A DNA stretch of 64,000 nt from NCBI RefSeq assembly GCF_036365525.1, contig NC_090404.1, positions 4,464,001 to 4,528,000 on the forward strand. The letters run 5' to 3'. Below the pieces are notes generated by a model, which saw only the letters and a program-made list of their open reading frames with translations, was not told where the DNA came from and did not search any database. Shown here piece by piece: positions 23,620 through 37,269 of this stretch. Every line of letters begins with the position of its first letter. Within the stretch, counting starts at the first letter, position 1. The translations under genes and the position numbers were made by a program. The stretch comes from Heterodontus francisci. Taxonomy: Eukaryota.

Positions 23620-25200
23620 GTTTACATTACTTGAAACAGGTGCTGCCTTCATTATTACTGCTGCAGATCCTGTTTCTGTTTATATTACACTAGATGCTGT
23701 CTCTGTTTATATTAAGCTAGAACTTGCTTATGTCTATATTATACTAGATGTTGTCACTGTTTATATTATGTTAGGTCATTTTCCAATTCGTATTCCAACA
23801 ACCATTGTCTCTGAACATATAAAAACAGTCCATTGTTCAGCTATCCCGACATTGGCCCAATCTCAGGTGTTAATACTCTGGACCATGTTCCTGCTTGCAC
23901 CACACAATACCCTGTCTAGGTCATTCCTGCACGAGATCACATTTCTGTTTCTATCACACAAAGCCCTGTCTCTGTTATTACTGTAATGAACCATCTCTCT
24001 GTTACTACTACACGGAATTCTGTCTCACCTAGTGCTGCACTTGTCCATGTCTCAGATCATTGAAATCGAGGTTCTGTATCAATAATTACTGCACTGGACC
24101 TTGTCTCGGTTTTTCTTCTAATGGACCATGTCTCACGTTCTATCATGTCCCTGTTCTCATTACACAAGACTCTGTCCCAATTATTATTGCACTCGACAGA
24201 TTTCAGATTACACTTGATCATGTATCTGTTTAACTTACACCAGAACATGTCTGTTAATATTACACGAGACACAATCTCAGTTTTTACTGAGCTAGACCCA
24301 GTGTTGGTTCATATTACCGTATATCTTGTATCAATAATTGGTGCACTGGAGCCTGTCTCAGTATTCCTGCACCAGGCCCTGTCCCTGTTTATATTACCAC
24401 AGTGCCTGTCTCTGATCATGTTGCACCAGTCCCTCTCTCAGTTATTACTGTTCTGGACCCTATCTCAGCTGCTACTACACAGGACTATGCCTCTGTTTAT
24501 ATTAAGTTCGGCAAAGTCTCTGTTATTGCTGCACCAAACCCTGTGTCTGTTTATAGTACACTAAACCCAGTCTCAATTAGTGCTGGACCATTCAATGTCT
24601 CCGTTCATATTACACTGGAACATGTCCCTGTTAATACTCCACTTGAACATGTCCCTGTTCGTATTAAAATAAGTCTTGTCTTTTCATTACTAATGTGTTT
24701 ATATTGCAATTAGAACACTCTCTGTTTATATTCCACAGGACCCTGTCTCTGTTTATATTACACAGGACCCTGTCTCTTTTTATATGACACTTGACCCTGT
24801 CTCTTTTTATATTACACTGGACCCTGTCTCTGTTTATATTCCATTTGACCCTTTCTCTGTTTATATTACACTGGACCATGACTCAGTTACGACTGCACTT
24901 CGTTGCATCTCTGTTTATATTACATTCGACCCTATCTCTGTTCTTACTGCACCAGGCCTTGGCCCTGTTTATATTACACTCGACCTTATCTCTGTTCTTT
25001 CTGCACTAGGCCCTGTCTCGATTTATATTACACTCGACCTTATCTCTGTTCTTTCTGCACCAAGCCCTGTCACTGTTTGCATTACACTCGGCCGTGCCTC
25101 TGTTTATATTAAACTAGGCCCTGTCTCTGTTTATATTACTTTGGACGCTGACTCTGTTTATATTACTGTTAACACTGTCTCTGTTTATATTTCACGAGAC
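23620..25200 (+). repeat. 27-bp minisatellite (GACCCTGTCTCTGTTTATATTACACTA), degenerate array; further blocks at 18430-19350, 22230-22740, 27815-28160, 29020-29660 and 40010-40420
   Basis: Direct tandem units, cleanest at 24720-25200. The 9-codon period produces the spurious DPVSVYITL ORFs. Confidence 0.9.
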
Positions 25201-25204
25201 CCAT

Positions 25205-27812
25205 TTCGGCAAAAGTGACCATAACGCTGGAAGGTTTAAGATAGTTATGGAAAATGACAAAGATAGACCAGAAATAAAGGTACTGAGTTGGGGGAAGGAC
25301 GATTTCAATACGATAAAATAGGATCTGGCCTAAGTGGACTGGGAGCCGCTACTTGGAGGAAATTCTACATCAGACCAGTGTGAGTCATTCAAAGGGGAAA
25401 CAGTGAGCGTTCAAAGACAACATGTACCCGTTAAGGTGAAGGGAACCCTGGATGTCAAGGGATATAGAGGATTGGATCAGGGAAAAAGGAAGCTTTTGGC
25501 AGATTCACAGCGCAGAAAGCAGTGGAGGTACTAGATGACTATAGAAAGTGTAGCGGGGGGGTACTTAAAAAAGTAATTAGGAGAGGGAAGAGTAGATAAG
25601 AAAAAACACTGGCAGGCTAGATAAAGGAAAATCCTAAAGCGTTTTCTAAGTATATTAAGGGTAAGAGGATAACCAATGAAAGAGTAGGACACATTAGGGA
25701 CCAAAGGTGCAATCTCTGTGTGGAGCCGGAGGACATTGGTGAGGTTTTAAATGATTACTTTTAATCTGTGTTCACCTTAGAGAAGGTCAATGTTGGTGTA
25801 GAGATCAGGGAAGGGGATTGTGATATACTTGAACATATTAGCATTGAAAGGGAGGAAGTATTAGCGGTTCTGGTGGGCTTAAAAGTGGATAAATCACGAG
25901 GCCCAGATGAGATGTATCCCAGGCTGTTATGTGAAGCATGGAAAGAGATAGCAAGGACTCTGACACAAATTTTCAAATCTGCTCTGGCCACAGGAGAGGT
26001 ACCAGAGGATTGGAGGACAGTGAATGTGGTACCATTATTCAAGAAGGGTAGTACGGATAAACCAGGGAATTACAGGCCGGTGAGTCTAACATCAGTGGTA
26101 AGGAAACTATTGGAAAAAATTCTGAGGGATAGGATTAATCTCCACTTGGAGAGGCAGGGATTAATCAGGGATAGGGAGCATGGCTTTGTCAGGGGGAGAT
26201 CGTGTCTAGCTAACTAGATTGAATGTTACGAGGCAGTGACTTGATGTATAGATGAGGATAAAGCAGTTGATATTCTACATGGACTTCAGTCAGGTTTTTG
26301 ATAAGGTCCCACATGGGAGATTGTTTAAAAAGGTAAGATCCCATGGGATCCAGGGCAATTTGGCAAATTGGATCCAAAATTGGCTCAGTAGCAGGAGGCA
26401 GAGGGTGATGGTTGAGGGTTGTTTTTGCAAGTGGAAGGCTTTGACCAGTGGTGTACCGCAGGGATCGGTGCTGGGACCCATACTGTTTGTAGTGTACTTT
26501 ACTGATTTAGGCGTGAATATAGGAGGTGTGATCAGTAAGTTCGCAGATGACATGAAAATTGGTGCTTTCGTAAATAGTGAGGAGGATGGCCTGACATTAC
26601 AGGACGATATCGATGGGCTGGTAAGATGGGCGGAACAGTGGCAAATAGAATTTAGTCCTGAGAAATGTGAGGTGATGCATTTTTGGAGGACTAATAAGGC
26701 AAGGGAATATATAGTGGATGGTAGCACCCTATGAAGAACAGAGGGTCAGAGGGACCTTGGTGTACTTGTCCATATATCACTGAAAGCAGCAGCACAAGGA
26801 GATAAGGTGGTTAGGAAGGCATATGAAAATTATGAGGGGTATTTATGGGATAGATAGGAAGAAACATTTTCCCCTAACGGAGAGGTTCATAACTAGGGGA
26901 CATAGATTTAAGGTAAGGGGCAGGAGCTTTAGAGGGGAGTGGAGGAAGGAAAATTCACCCAGAGGGTGATTGGAATCTGGAACACACTGCCTGAAGAGCT
27001 GGTAGAGGCAGGAACACACATGACATTTAAGAAATATTTAGATGAGCACTTGAAATGCCATAGCATACAAGACTAGGGGTCAAGTGTGGGCAGGTGGGAT
27101 TAGTATTGGACAGGTGCTTGATGGTCAGCGCAGGGGCGCTGGGCCGAAGGGCCTGCTTCTGTGTTGTAAAACTCTATGACCCGATAGGATTCTTGCCTTT
27201 ATGAGCCGAGGCATTGAATATAAGTGCAGGGAGGTTATGATGGAGCTCTCTAAAACACTGGTTCGGCCACAGCTGGAGTACTGTGTGCAGTTCTGGGCAC
27301 CACACTATTGGAACGATGTGATTGCACTGGAGAGGGTGCACAGGAGATTCACCAGGATGTTGCCTGGGCTGGAGCATTTCAGCTATGAAGAGAGACTGAA
27401 AAGGCTAGGGTTGTTTTACTTAGAGCAGAGGAGGCTGAGGGGGAACATGATTGAGGTATACAAAATTATGAGGGGCAGTGATAGGTTAGATAGGAAGAAA
27501 ATGTTTCCCTCAGCGGAGGGGTCAATAACCAGGGAGCATAGATTTAAGGTAAGGGGCAGGAGGTTTAGAGGGGATTTGAGGAATTTGTTTTTCACTCTGA
27601 GGATGGTTGGAATCTGGAATGCACTGCATGAAGAGGTGGTGGAGGCAGGAACCCTCACAACATTTAAAAAGTATTTGGATGAACACTTAAAACGCCATAG
27701 CATACAAGGCTACGGGTCAAGTGCTGGAAAATAGAATTAGAATCGTTCGGTGCTTGAGGCTGGCACAGACACGATGGGCCGAATGGCCTGTATCTGTGCT
27801 GTCTGACTCTAT
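25205..27812 (+). mobile_element. CR1 LINE ORF2 (5'-truncated, disrupted; extra 3' piece nested at ~26830-27180) inserted in the 27-bp array
   Basis: [37 protein letters not shown] motifs. Confidence 0.92.
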
Positions 27813-30339
27813 CCAGTTTATGTTTCACTACACCTTATCTCTTTTTATATTGCACTAGACCTTGTCTCTGGTTATATTGCACTTGACCCTTTCTCTGTTT
27901 ATATTACACGAGACCATGTTTCAGTTATGAATGGACTTCGTTGCCTCTCTGTTTCTCTTACACTAGACACTATCTCTGTTCTAACTGCACCAATCCCTGT
28001 CTCTGTTTATATTACATTAGATCCTCTCTCAGTTTATATTACACTAGACCCTATCTCTCTTCTTACTGCACCAGGCCCTGTCTCTGTTTATATTACACCA
28101 GACCCTCTCTCGGTTTATATTACACTGGGCCATGTTGGGTTTTCACTGCACTCGGCCATGTTTCCAGTAGATGAAGAGATATTATTATAAATAAGGATGT
28201 TAGACTGGAAACTGGTATCAGGTGACGGCCGAACGGACGCTTTTGGCTCGGCCGCCCGTTCTACCCAGGGCCTGGTGTTCAATTACATTGCAGTTAACGG
28301 AGTTGCTGCCAATACCAAGCGGTCAATCCGATAGTGACTCTTTCTGTGCCACTGTCTGAAACCAATTTCCATCTTATGTGTTTGTGTGTTGGGCGGGTGT
28401 AACCATTCTCTTATGGAAGAATACTTTTAATCTTGTTACTAGCTATCAGTAGCTTATGTGAAATTTCTAATTGCTCTGGTATTATGTGGGTAATATTTGT
28501 GTTAAAAGGATGGGCTGAATCCTGCAACAATCTCCCAGAGACGGACTGGGTGGGATTGAAGGATTAAAGGTCAGTAATAGTGCCCTGCACTTCACAATAC
28601 TTGGTAACAAACTCTGTTGTGTTAAAGTGTGCTAATTCACACTTGTGTTGTACTGTGACAATTCCTCACTTTATAATGTTCAGGATATTTTTGTCGCTGC
28701 GGGATTTTCAATTCAGAGTTCACTTGACCTCGTGATTGTGTTCGAAACAGCCTGGAACAGTGACCCCGCAGTCCCAACCGACAGGCTGCCGCAGGGTCCT
28801 AATGTCCACCAAGTTCAATCATCTGATCAACAGGGACAACTGAAATGAAAACACACAATGTTTTATATAGGCGAGTGTGTGTGTGGGTGTGTACCAAATA
28901 AATCATCCTTCATGATTGCAAGGTGGTTCCACATAGTTATATGACCTATTTCACTCTATTGTTTCTGCATTTTATTTCCTTTTATTCAAACTGTAATTGC
29001 AGATTGTTTAATACCGTGTGATATAAACAGAGATATGGCCCCGTGCAATGATAACAGAGAGACAGGACATCAGGTGAAACTATAAGAACCATGTCTTGAT
29101 GTAATCATAATTGAAACAATACTTTGTACAATAATAACTGAAAGTGGTCAAAGTGTAAGACTAGCAGAAGCAGGGTCAACTTTAACAATACCAGAAACAT
29201 GTTCCTACTGAAAAGTGACAGAGACAAAGTCTCCAGCAAAATAATAGAGGTGTGCACTAGAATTGGAATAACAGACAGGTTATTTTTCTAAAAATAAGAA
29301 TGGCAATGTGTAACAATTACACAGACAGGGTCTAATACAATAAGAGTAGAGGCAGGATCCAGAGTATAACAGCAAAGATGTGGCTTACTTTGAGTGTAAC
29401 AAAGGCAGTGTTTGATCCAATAATAACAGAGGCAGGCTGCAGTGTATTACTGAACACATCACTACATCCAATGGGATGATAACACAGTCACTATCCAGTG
29501 CATCAAAACCAAAGCTTTGGTCTCCTATCATAGTGCATGTGAGTCAGAATCTATTCATATAACAGCAAATACTTTGCCGAACACCTCATAACAGAGTCAA
29601 TGACCACTGCAGTTTGAATGAGATGGGCTTAGTGTAATAACACAGGCACTATCTGGTGTAATGGGAGCTGGGAAAAGATCATGTCAGCATTGACACTCTC
29701 AGCCTCAGTCAGAAGGTGTGGGTTCAAGCCCCACTCCAGACACTCGACTGCATAATCTAGGCCGATGCTCCCGTTGCCAATATAAATACAAGTCGTTCTG
29801 TTCTTTTGCCCACTATTTTGTTAGACTCAGAAGGAGTGAGGGGAATTGCAGATGGAGAAATTCTAGGCAATTTCTCCATCCAGCGAGGCAGGGGCTCTGG
29901 TGACATAATTGCAAGTTTGACGTGACTGCCCACTCCTAAACAACCTCTTCCCCCCTCCCCCTAATAATCACAGAGGCCGGCTCAAGGGTATCAATAACAG
30001 AGGCTGCTTTTACTGCAGGAACTCTTACCTTGAGAGAGGCAGAGGGTCTAATAAACCCCCAATTGCAATAGGAAGACAAAGTGCAGGGAAGCACTGACGT
30101 TTTGGGCCCAGTACAGGCTGCTGTGTTATGGTGAGTGAAACAGGGAGTAGTGTGAGAAAATAGGAATGGAAACATCATGACAGGCACATGTGGCTGACTC
30201 CATCCGACTAAGCTGATGCACAAAAGGGGGTGACCACGAGGACAGGGCGTACTCCAGAGATTTCTGATATCTGAGGTGACAATTGTGCATGTCTCAGAGG
30301 AACTGAAAAGAAATTGCTTCTTCTCATCTGTCAGCTGTG

Positions 30340-30790
30340 CCTCAGTTTTTACAACGCTCACCTTTGAGTCATAAGCTTCCAGGTTCAAGACCCAATCCGG
30401 GGCTTAACAGCAAAAATCAAGGCTGATACAGTAGTGCAGTATTGAGGGAGCACAGCACTGCCAGAGGTGCCGTCTTTCAGATGAGATGTTAAACCGAGGC
30501 CCAAATCTACTTGCTCGGGTGGATGTAAAAGCTCTCTGGTACTATTTGGAAGAAGAACAAAGGAGTTATCCCCAGTGTCCTGGTCAAGGTTTATCCCTCA
30601 ATCAACATCACAAAAACAGATTATCTAGTCTTTATCGCATTGCTGCTTGTGGGAGTTTGCTGTTTGTAAACTGGCTGATATGTTTCCTGCATTACAACAG
30701 TGACTAAACTTCAAAAGTACTTCATGGATTCTAAAGCATTTTGAGATGTCCGGTGGTTGTGAAAAGCCTGATATAAATGCAAGTCTTTCC
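30340..30790 (+). mobile_element. DeuSINE (SacSINE1-like)
   Basis: GCCGTCTTTCAGATGAGATGTTAAACCGAGG Deu domain and 3' TATAAATGCAAGT tail. Confidence 0.75.
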
Positions 30791-31924
30791 TTTCCTTTTT
30801 GCAGTCGCTGTGTTGCACAGGAACATCGGGGCCGGATCTGACAGTTCGTAGAAACCAATGTTTTAAATCTTCTGCTAAAGCCAATTAAATTCAAAGTTCA
30901 AACCTCTCCAGAGGAAAATTAAGAGTTGTGCAAAAATGAGTGAGCTGTCCAATTAATCCCATTGTTCATATCGCTGCCAATTTGCACCCCCCACCCCCAC
31001 TCCACCACAACCATCTTTATGGCCACAAAACCAAAAGGGGAGATGACAAGAATTTTGTTTTAATACAGAGATTTTCTGTGATCTGGAATGCACACCGTGA
31101 AAGGGTGCTTTAAGCAGATTGAACAGGAACTTTCAAAGGGAACTGGATAAATACCTGACGGGAGGGGGGAGATTGTTGCAGGATTCACCCCATCCTTTCA
31201 ACACAAATATTACCCACATAATACCAGAGCAATTAGAAATTTCAAACAGCTACTGATAGCTATTAACAAGGTTAAAGATATTCTTCCAGACAGAAAATGA
31301 TTACTCCCGCCCGATTTTGAACACTTCTATTAAATAGTAACACACGCAGGTGAAGAGAGAGAGAGACAGAGAGAGAGAGAAAAACAGACACATTGGAAAA
31401 GGCAGAAACTTGAGGTGGTGAGAGATAAAAGCTGAGAAATAGAGAAAACAAGGAACACACAGAGAGAATGGCATAAAATTAAAGGGAGCAAACTGCCAGC
31501 TGCCGGTTTCAGAGAGCAGAGGGAGCTCAGTGACTGATCCACAGACATGGTCAGTTATGTCCGGGAATGGAGACTCGAAACAGAAACAACAGGTTCATTT
31601 GTAAATGTCACCACAATGTGATCTGTGTGACTCTGCACTGACTCTGTGGACAGATATAGGCCGCCTTGGCAGATGTTTCCACCAGATTGTGGCCCCTGGA
31701 TTTATTTTCTGCTCAGAAGTGAGATGTGTGGTTTGGAACCGGCAGAAGAGAAACAGGAAGTTGTGTTGCCTGAGAATGAAATAGCAGGTGTCAATTTCAG
31801 GTTATCACCATGAACAGTCTTCCTGCCTGTGAGGGTGGATTCAATCTGACAGCACCAAGAACAAGCTCACAGATTGCTTCTGGTCTCAACATTGCATTCA
31901 CCTCCATTCACATTTAATTCACAT

Positions 31925-32850
31925 TTGATTCAGTGAGTTCAGTCTGCGAGAGAGGAGAGAGGTTCATTGAGTTCAGTCTGAGCAAGAGGAGAGAGGTTCA
32001 GTGAGTTCAGACTGAGAGAGGAGAGAGGTTCAGTGATTTTAGTCTGAGAGAGGGGAGAGAAGTTCAGTGAGTTCAGTCTGAGAGAGAGGAGAGAGGTTCA
32101 GTGAGTTCAGTCTGAGAGAGAGGCGAGTGATTCCGTGCGTTCAGTCTGAGAGGAGAGAAATTCAATGAGTTCAGTCTGAGAGAGAGGAGAGAGGTTCAGT
32201 GAGTTCAGTCTGAGAGAGAGGAGATTGATTCAGTGAGTTCTGTCTGACAGAAAGGAGAGAAATTCAATGAGTTCAGTCTGAGAGACAGGAGAGAGATTCA
32301 GTGAGTTCAGTCTGAGTGAGAGGAGAGCGATTCAGGAAGTTCAGTCTGAGAGAGGAGAGAGAGGTTCAGTGAGTTCAGTCTGAGAGAGAGGAGAGAGGTT
32401 CAGTGACTTCAGTCTGAGAGAGAGGAGATTGATTCAGTGAGTTCAATCTGACAGAAAGGAGAGAAATTCAATGAGTTCCGTCTGAGAGACAATAGAGAGA
32501 TTCAGTGAGTTCAGTCTGAGAGAGGAGAGAGAGGTTCAGTGAGTTCAGTCTGAGAGGAGAGAGATTCAGTGACTTCAGTCTGAGAGAGAGGAGAGAGGTT
32601 CAGTGAGTTCAGTCTGAGAGAGAGGGGAGAGGTCCAGTGAGTTCAGTCTGAGCGAGAGAAGAGAGATTCAGTGAGTTCAGCCTGAAAGAGAGGAGAGAGG
32701 TTCAGTGAGTTCAGTCTGAGAAAGAGAAGAGAGATTCAGTGAGTTCAGTCTGAGAGAGAGGAGAGAGATTCAGTGAGTTCAGTCTGAGAGAGGAGAGAGG
32801 TTCAGTGGCTTCATTGCATCTGAGAGAGAGGTTCAATGAGTTCAGTGACA
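31925..32850 (+). repeat. ~34-bp minisatellite (TTCAGTGAGTTCAGTCTGAGAGAGAGGAGAGAGG), ~27 copies
   Basis: Clear head-to-tail tandem array with variable GA runs. Confidence 0.95.
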
Positions 32851-33435
32851 GACGTGTTCACCTGGGCAATGGAAGGGTCTGTGTGAGATCACTTTCTCAA
32901 CAAGACCGCACAACAGAATGTGTTGTGAATAGGTGTTATCATTATTGAATGATACGTAATGCTATTACATTTTGAATAAATTGAAATTGAATAAAATGTT
33001 GTAAAACGCTTTGTGCACATAATCACTTATGTTAGTGCAATGCATTGCATGCATTAAGAAGTATGTGTTCTGGTCACGCCGTATCCACACATAACACACA
33101 CACACACACACAAATATATGCCTCACACACGGTCACCCACAGACCACACACCCACACCCACCGAGCATACCACACACGTGCACATACACACACGCAGAAA
33201 CATTTTGTTTTAGCTGGTTTCAGTTGCACCACTTAACCAGTTGATGAAAATCTAATCGGGTGGACATTAGGACCCTACGGCAGCCCATCTGGCGGTGCTG
33301 GGAGGACACGGTTCCAGACTCTGTCCAACACAATCTGTGGGCAAGGCGAAAGTTAAACAGAAATTCCTGCAGAAAAAAAAAATCCTTAACATTAAAAAAA
33401 AACTATCAGCAATGGAGACAGTACAACACAAATAT

Positions 33436-36400
33436 CATAGAGCTATGCAGGAAAAAAACAGGCCCTTCGGCCCATTGTGTCTTTCCGTTCATCAAGCACC
33501 TAACTATTCTCAATCCATTTTCCAGCCATTGGCTCAGAGCCTTGTATACTATGGCGTTTCAGGTTCTCATCTATATACTTCTTGTTGTGAGGGTTCCTGC
33601 CTCTACCACCTCTTCAGGCAGTGCATTCTAGATTCCAACCACTCTCTGGGTGAAAATGTTTTCCTCAAATCCACTCTGAACCTCCTGCACCTTACCTTAA
33701 ATCTATGCACCCTGGTTACTGACCGCTCGGCTAAGGGAAAATGTTTCTTCCTATCTAACCTATCAATGCTCCTCATAATTTTGTATCCCTCAATCATATC
33801 TCCCCTCACCCTTCTCTGCTCTAAGGAAAACAACCGTAGCCTTTTCAGTCTCACTGCACAGCTGAAATACTCCAGCCCAAGCAGCATCCTGGTGAATCTT
33901 CTCAGCACCCTCTCCAGTGCAATCACATCCTACCTATAGTGTGGTGCCCAGAACTGTGCCCAGTACTCTAGCTGTGGCCTAACTAGCATTTTATACAGCT
34001 GCATAAAAACCTCCCTGCTCTGAAATTCTATGCCTCGGCTCATGAAGGCAAGTATCCCATATGCTTTCCTAACCACCTTATCTACCTGTGCTGCTGCCTT
34101 CAGTGATCTATGGACAAGGACACCAAGGTCCCTCTGACCCTCTGTATTTCCTAGGGTCCTACCATCCATTGTATATTTCGCTGCCTTGTTAGTCCACCCA
34201 AAATGCATCACATCACACTTCTCAGGATTAAATTCCATTTGCCAGAGCTCCAACCAGCTTGCCAGCCCATCAATATCGTCCTGTAATCTGAGGCTTTCCT
34301 CCTCACTATTTACGACACCACCAATTTTCGTGTCATCTGCGAACCTACTTACCATACCTCCTATGTTCACGTCTAAATCATTAATGTACACTAAAAACAG
34401 CAAGGGTCGCAACAACAATCCCTGTGGTACACCACTGGTCACAGGCTTCCAATCACAAAAACAACCCTCGACCATCACCCTCTGCCTCCTGCCACTAAGC
34501 CCATTTTGGATCCAATTTGCCAAATTGCCTTGGATCCCATGGGCTCTTAGCTTCTTGACCAATCTCCCATGTAGGACCTTATCAAAAGCCTTACTGAAGT
34601 CCATAAATACTACATCAACTGCTTTACTCTCATCCACACATTTCATCACCGCCTCAAAAAATTCAATCAAGTTAGTCAGACACGATCTCCCCCTGACAAA
34701 GCAGTGCTGACTATCCTTGATTAATCACTGCCTATCCAATTGGAGATTAATCCTGTCCCTCAGAGATTTTTCGAATAGTTTCCCAACCAATGATGTTAGA
34801 CTCACTGGCCTGTAATTACCTGGTTTATCCCTGCTACACTTCTTAAATAATGGTCCCACATTCGCTGTCCTCCAATCCTCTGGTACCTCTCCTGTGGCCA
34901 GAGAGGATTTGAAACTTTGTGTCAGAGCCCCTGCTATCTCCTCCCTTGCCTCACATAACAGCCTGTGATACATCTCATCTGGGCCTGGGGATTTATACAG
35001 TTTTAAGCCCGATATAACTGCAAATACGTCTTCCCTTTCAATGCTAATATGTTCAAGTATATCACAATCCCCCTCCCTGATCTCTACACCTACATCGTCC
35101 TTCTCCATAGTGAACACAGATGAAAAGTAATCATTTAAAACCTCACCTATGTTCTCCGTCTCCACACACAGATTGCCACTTTGGTCCCTAATGTGTCCTA
35201 CTCTTTCCCTGGTTATCCTCTTGCCTTTAATATACTTGCAAAACGCCTTAGGATTTTCCTTAATCTCGCCTGCCAGTGTTTTTTCATGTCCCCTCTTCGC
35301 TCTCCTAATTACTTATTTAAGTACCCCCCTGCAATTTAAAAACTCCTCTAGTGCCTCCACTGTTTTCAGCACTCTGAATATGCCATATGTCTCCGTTTTT
35401 TTACTGATCCAATCCTCTATATCCCTTAACATCCAGAGTCCCCTGAACTTGTTGGTTCTACCCTTCACCTTACTGGGTACATGTTGGCTCTGAACTCTCA
35501 CTATTTCCTCTTTGAATGACTCCCACTGATCTGATGTCGACTTTCCTACAAGTAGCTGCTCTCAGTCCACTTTGGCCAGATCATGTTTTATCATCCGAAA
35601 ATCGGCCTTCTCCCAATTCAGTACCTTTATTTTCCGTCCATCTTTGTCCTTTTCCATAACTACCTTAAATCTTGCAGAGTTATGGACACTATCCCCGAAC
35701 TGTTCCCCCACTGACACTTCTACCACTTGTCCGGCTTCATTCCCTAGGATTAGGTCCAGTACTGCCCCTTCTCTTGTTTGGACTATCTACGTACTGGCTC
35801 AAAAAGCTCTCCTGTATGCATTTTAAGAATTCCGCCCCCTTTAAGCTATTTGCACTGAGACGATCCCAGTTGATATTGGGGAAGTTGAAATTCCCTGCTA
35901 TTATTACCCCATTATTTTTTCATCTCTCTGAGATTTGCCTACATATCTGCTCCTCTATCTCTCCCTGACTATTTGGAGGCCTGTAGTACACTCCCAGCCA
36001 AGTGATTGCCCCCTTTGTGTTTTTAAGTTCTACCCATTTGAGGAACCTGTTAAGATATCATCCCTCCTTATTGCAATAATTGACTCCTTGATCAACAGTG
36101 CAAGGCCAGCTCCTCTTTTACACCCTCCCCTACCATGCCTGAAGATTCTATACCCTCGGATACTGAACTGCCAGCCCTGCCCTTTCCTCAACCATGACCC
36201 TGTGACAGCAATAATACCATATTCCCAAGTGCTAATCAACACCCTCAATTCATCTGCCTTACTTGTAAGACTCCTTGCATTAAAATAAATGCAATCCAGC
36301 CTTGCATTTTGCACTTAACAGGTCTATATTTACTCTGCCTTCCAGATTGACTCAGTTTATTTCTATGACTGTACATCACCCTCTACTATACCTCCACTCA

Positions 36401-36799
36401 GTATCCCATCCCCCTGCCAAGTTAGTTTCAACCCCACACCCTCCAACAGCACTAGCAAACCTCCCAGCAAGGATGTTGGGCTGTTCTGGTTCAGGTGCAA
36501 CCCGTCCAACTTGTACAGGTCCCAACTTTGCCGGAAACAGACCCAGTGATCCAGGAAACTAAAGCCTTCCCTCCTGCACCACCTCCTCAGCCACGCATTC
36601 ATCTGCTCTATCCTTCTAATCCTATACTCACTAGCACGTGGCACTGGGAGTAATCCAGGGATTACAACCTTTGAGATCCTGCTTTTTAATCTGCTTCCTC
36701 GCTCACTAAATTCTTGTTGCAGGACCTCATCCCTCTTTTCACCTATGTCGTTGGTACCCAAGTATACTACGACCTCTGACTGTTCCCCTCCCCTTTCAG
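33436..36799 (-). mobile_element. Near full-length CR1 LINE: ORF1 esterase part, APE endonuclease, RT, 3' UTR (disrupted)
   Basis: VVVYLGTNDIG (SGNH esterase), CIYFNARSL (APE), RT motifs; AATAT duplicated at 33431-33435 and 36800-36804. Confidence 0.93.
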
Positions 36800-37202
36800 A
36801 ATATGAATTAGTAAACTTTGACAAAACAGAGTGTTTCACTAAGTAATGTAAAGCGCAGTGCACTATTGCTCACCTTCAGTCCTGTCCCTCAATCCCAGTT
36901 CATCTCTGGGAGACTGTTGCAGTTTTCAACCCATCCTTTCAACACCAATATTACCCACTTAATAAAGAGAAATTAGAAATTGAACACAGCTGCTGATAAT
37001 TATTCACAAAACTAAACGTATTTTTCCAACGAAAAATGATTAAATCCTCACACACAAATGTATATCTTGATATGTATTAATATATATGACTGTCAATGTC
37101 GTCCCATCTGGCTATATGTCTGTCTATCTCCCAATCTATCTGTCTGTCTGTCTCGCTTTGTGGCTAGCTAGCTATCAAGCTATTTCTGTGGATATTTGTC
37201 TG

Positions 37203-37247
<45 letters not shown>

Positions 37248-37265
37248 ATATCTATCTATCTATCT
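37203..37265 (+). repeat. (TATC)n microsatellite; second one at 39915-39995
   Basis: Direct tandem TATC. Confidence 0.95.
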
Positions 37266-37269
37266 AAAT

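Noticed and set aside
23402-25218. Hydrophobic repetitive ORFs (DPVSVYITL)n
   Set aside because: By-product of a 27-bp minisatellite lacking stops; no splice or promoter support.
31925-32850. CRISPR-like or Ig switch-region array
   Set aside because: Eukaryotic DNA, no unique spacers, and located far 5' of VH rather than in the J-C intron.
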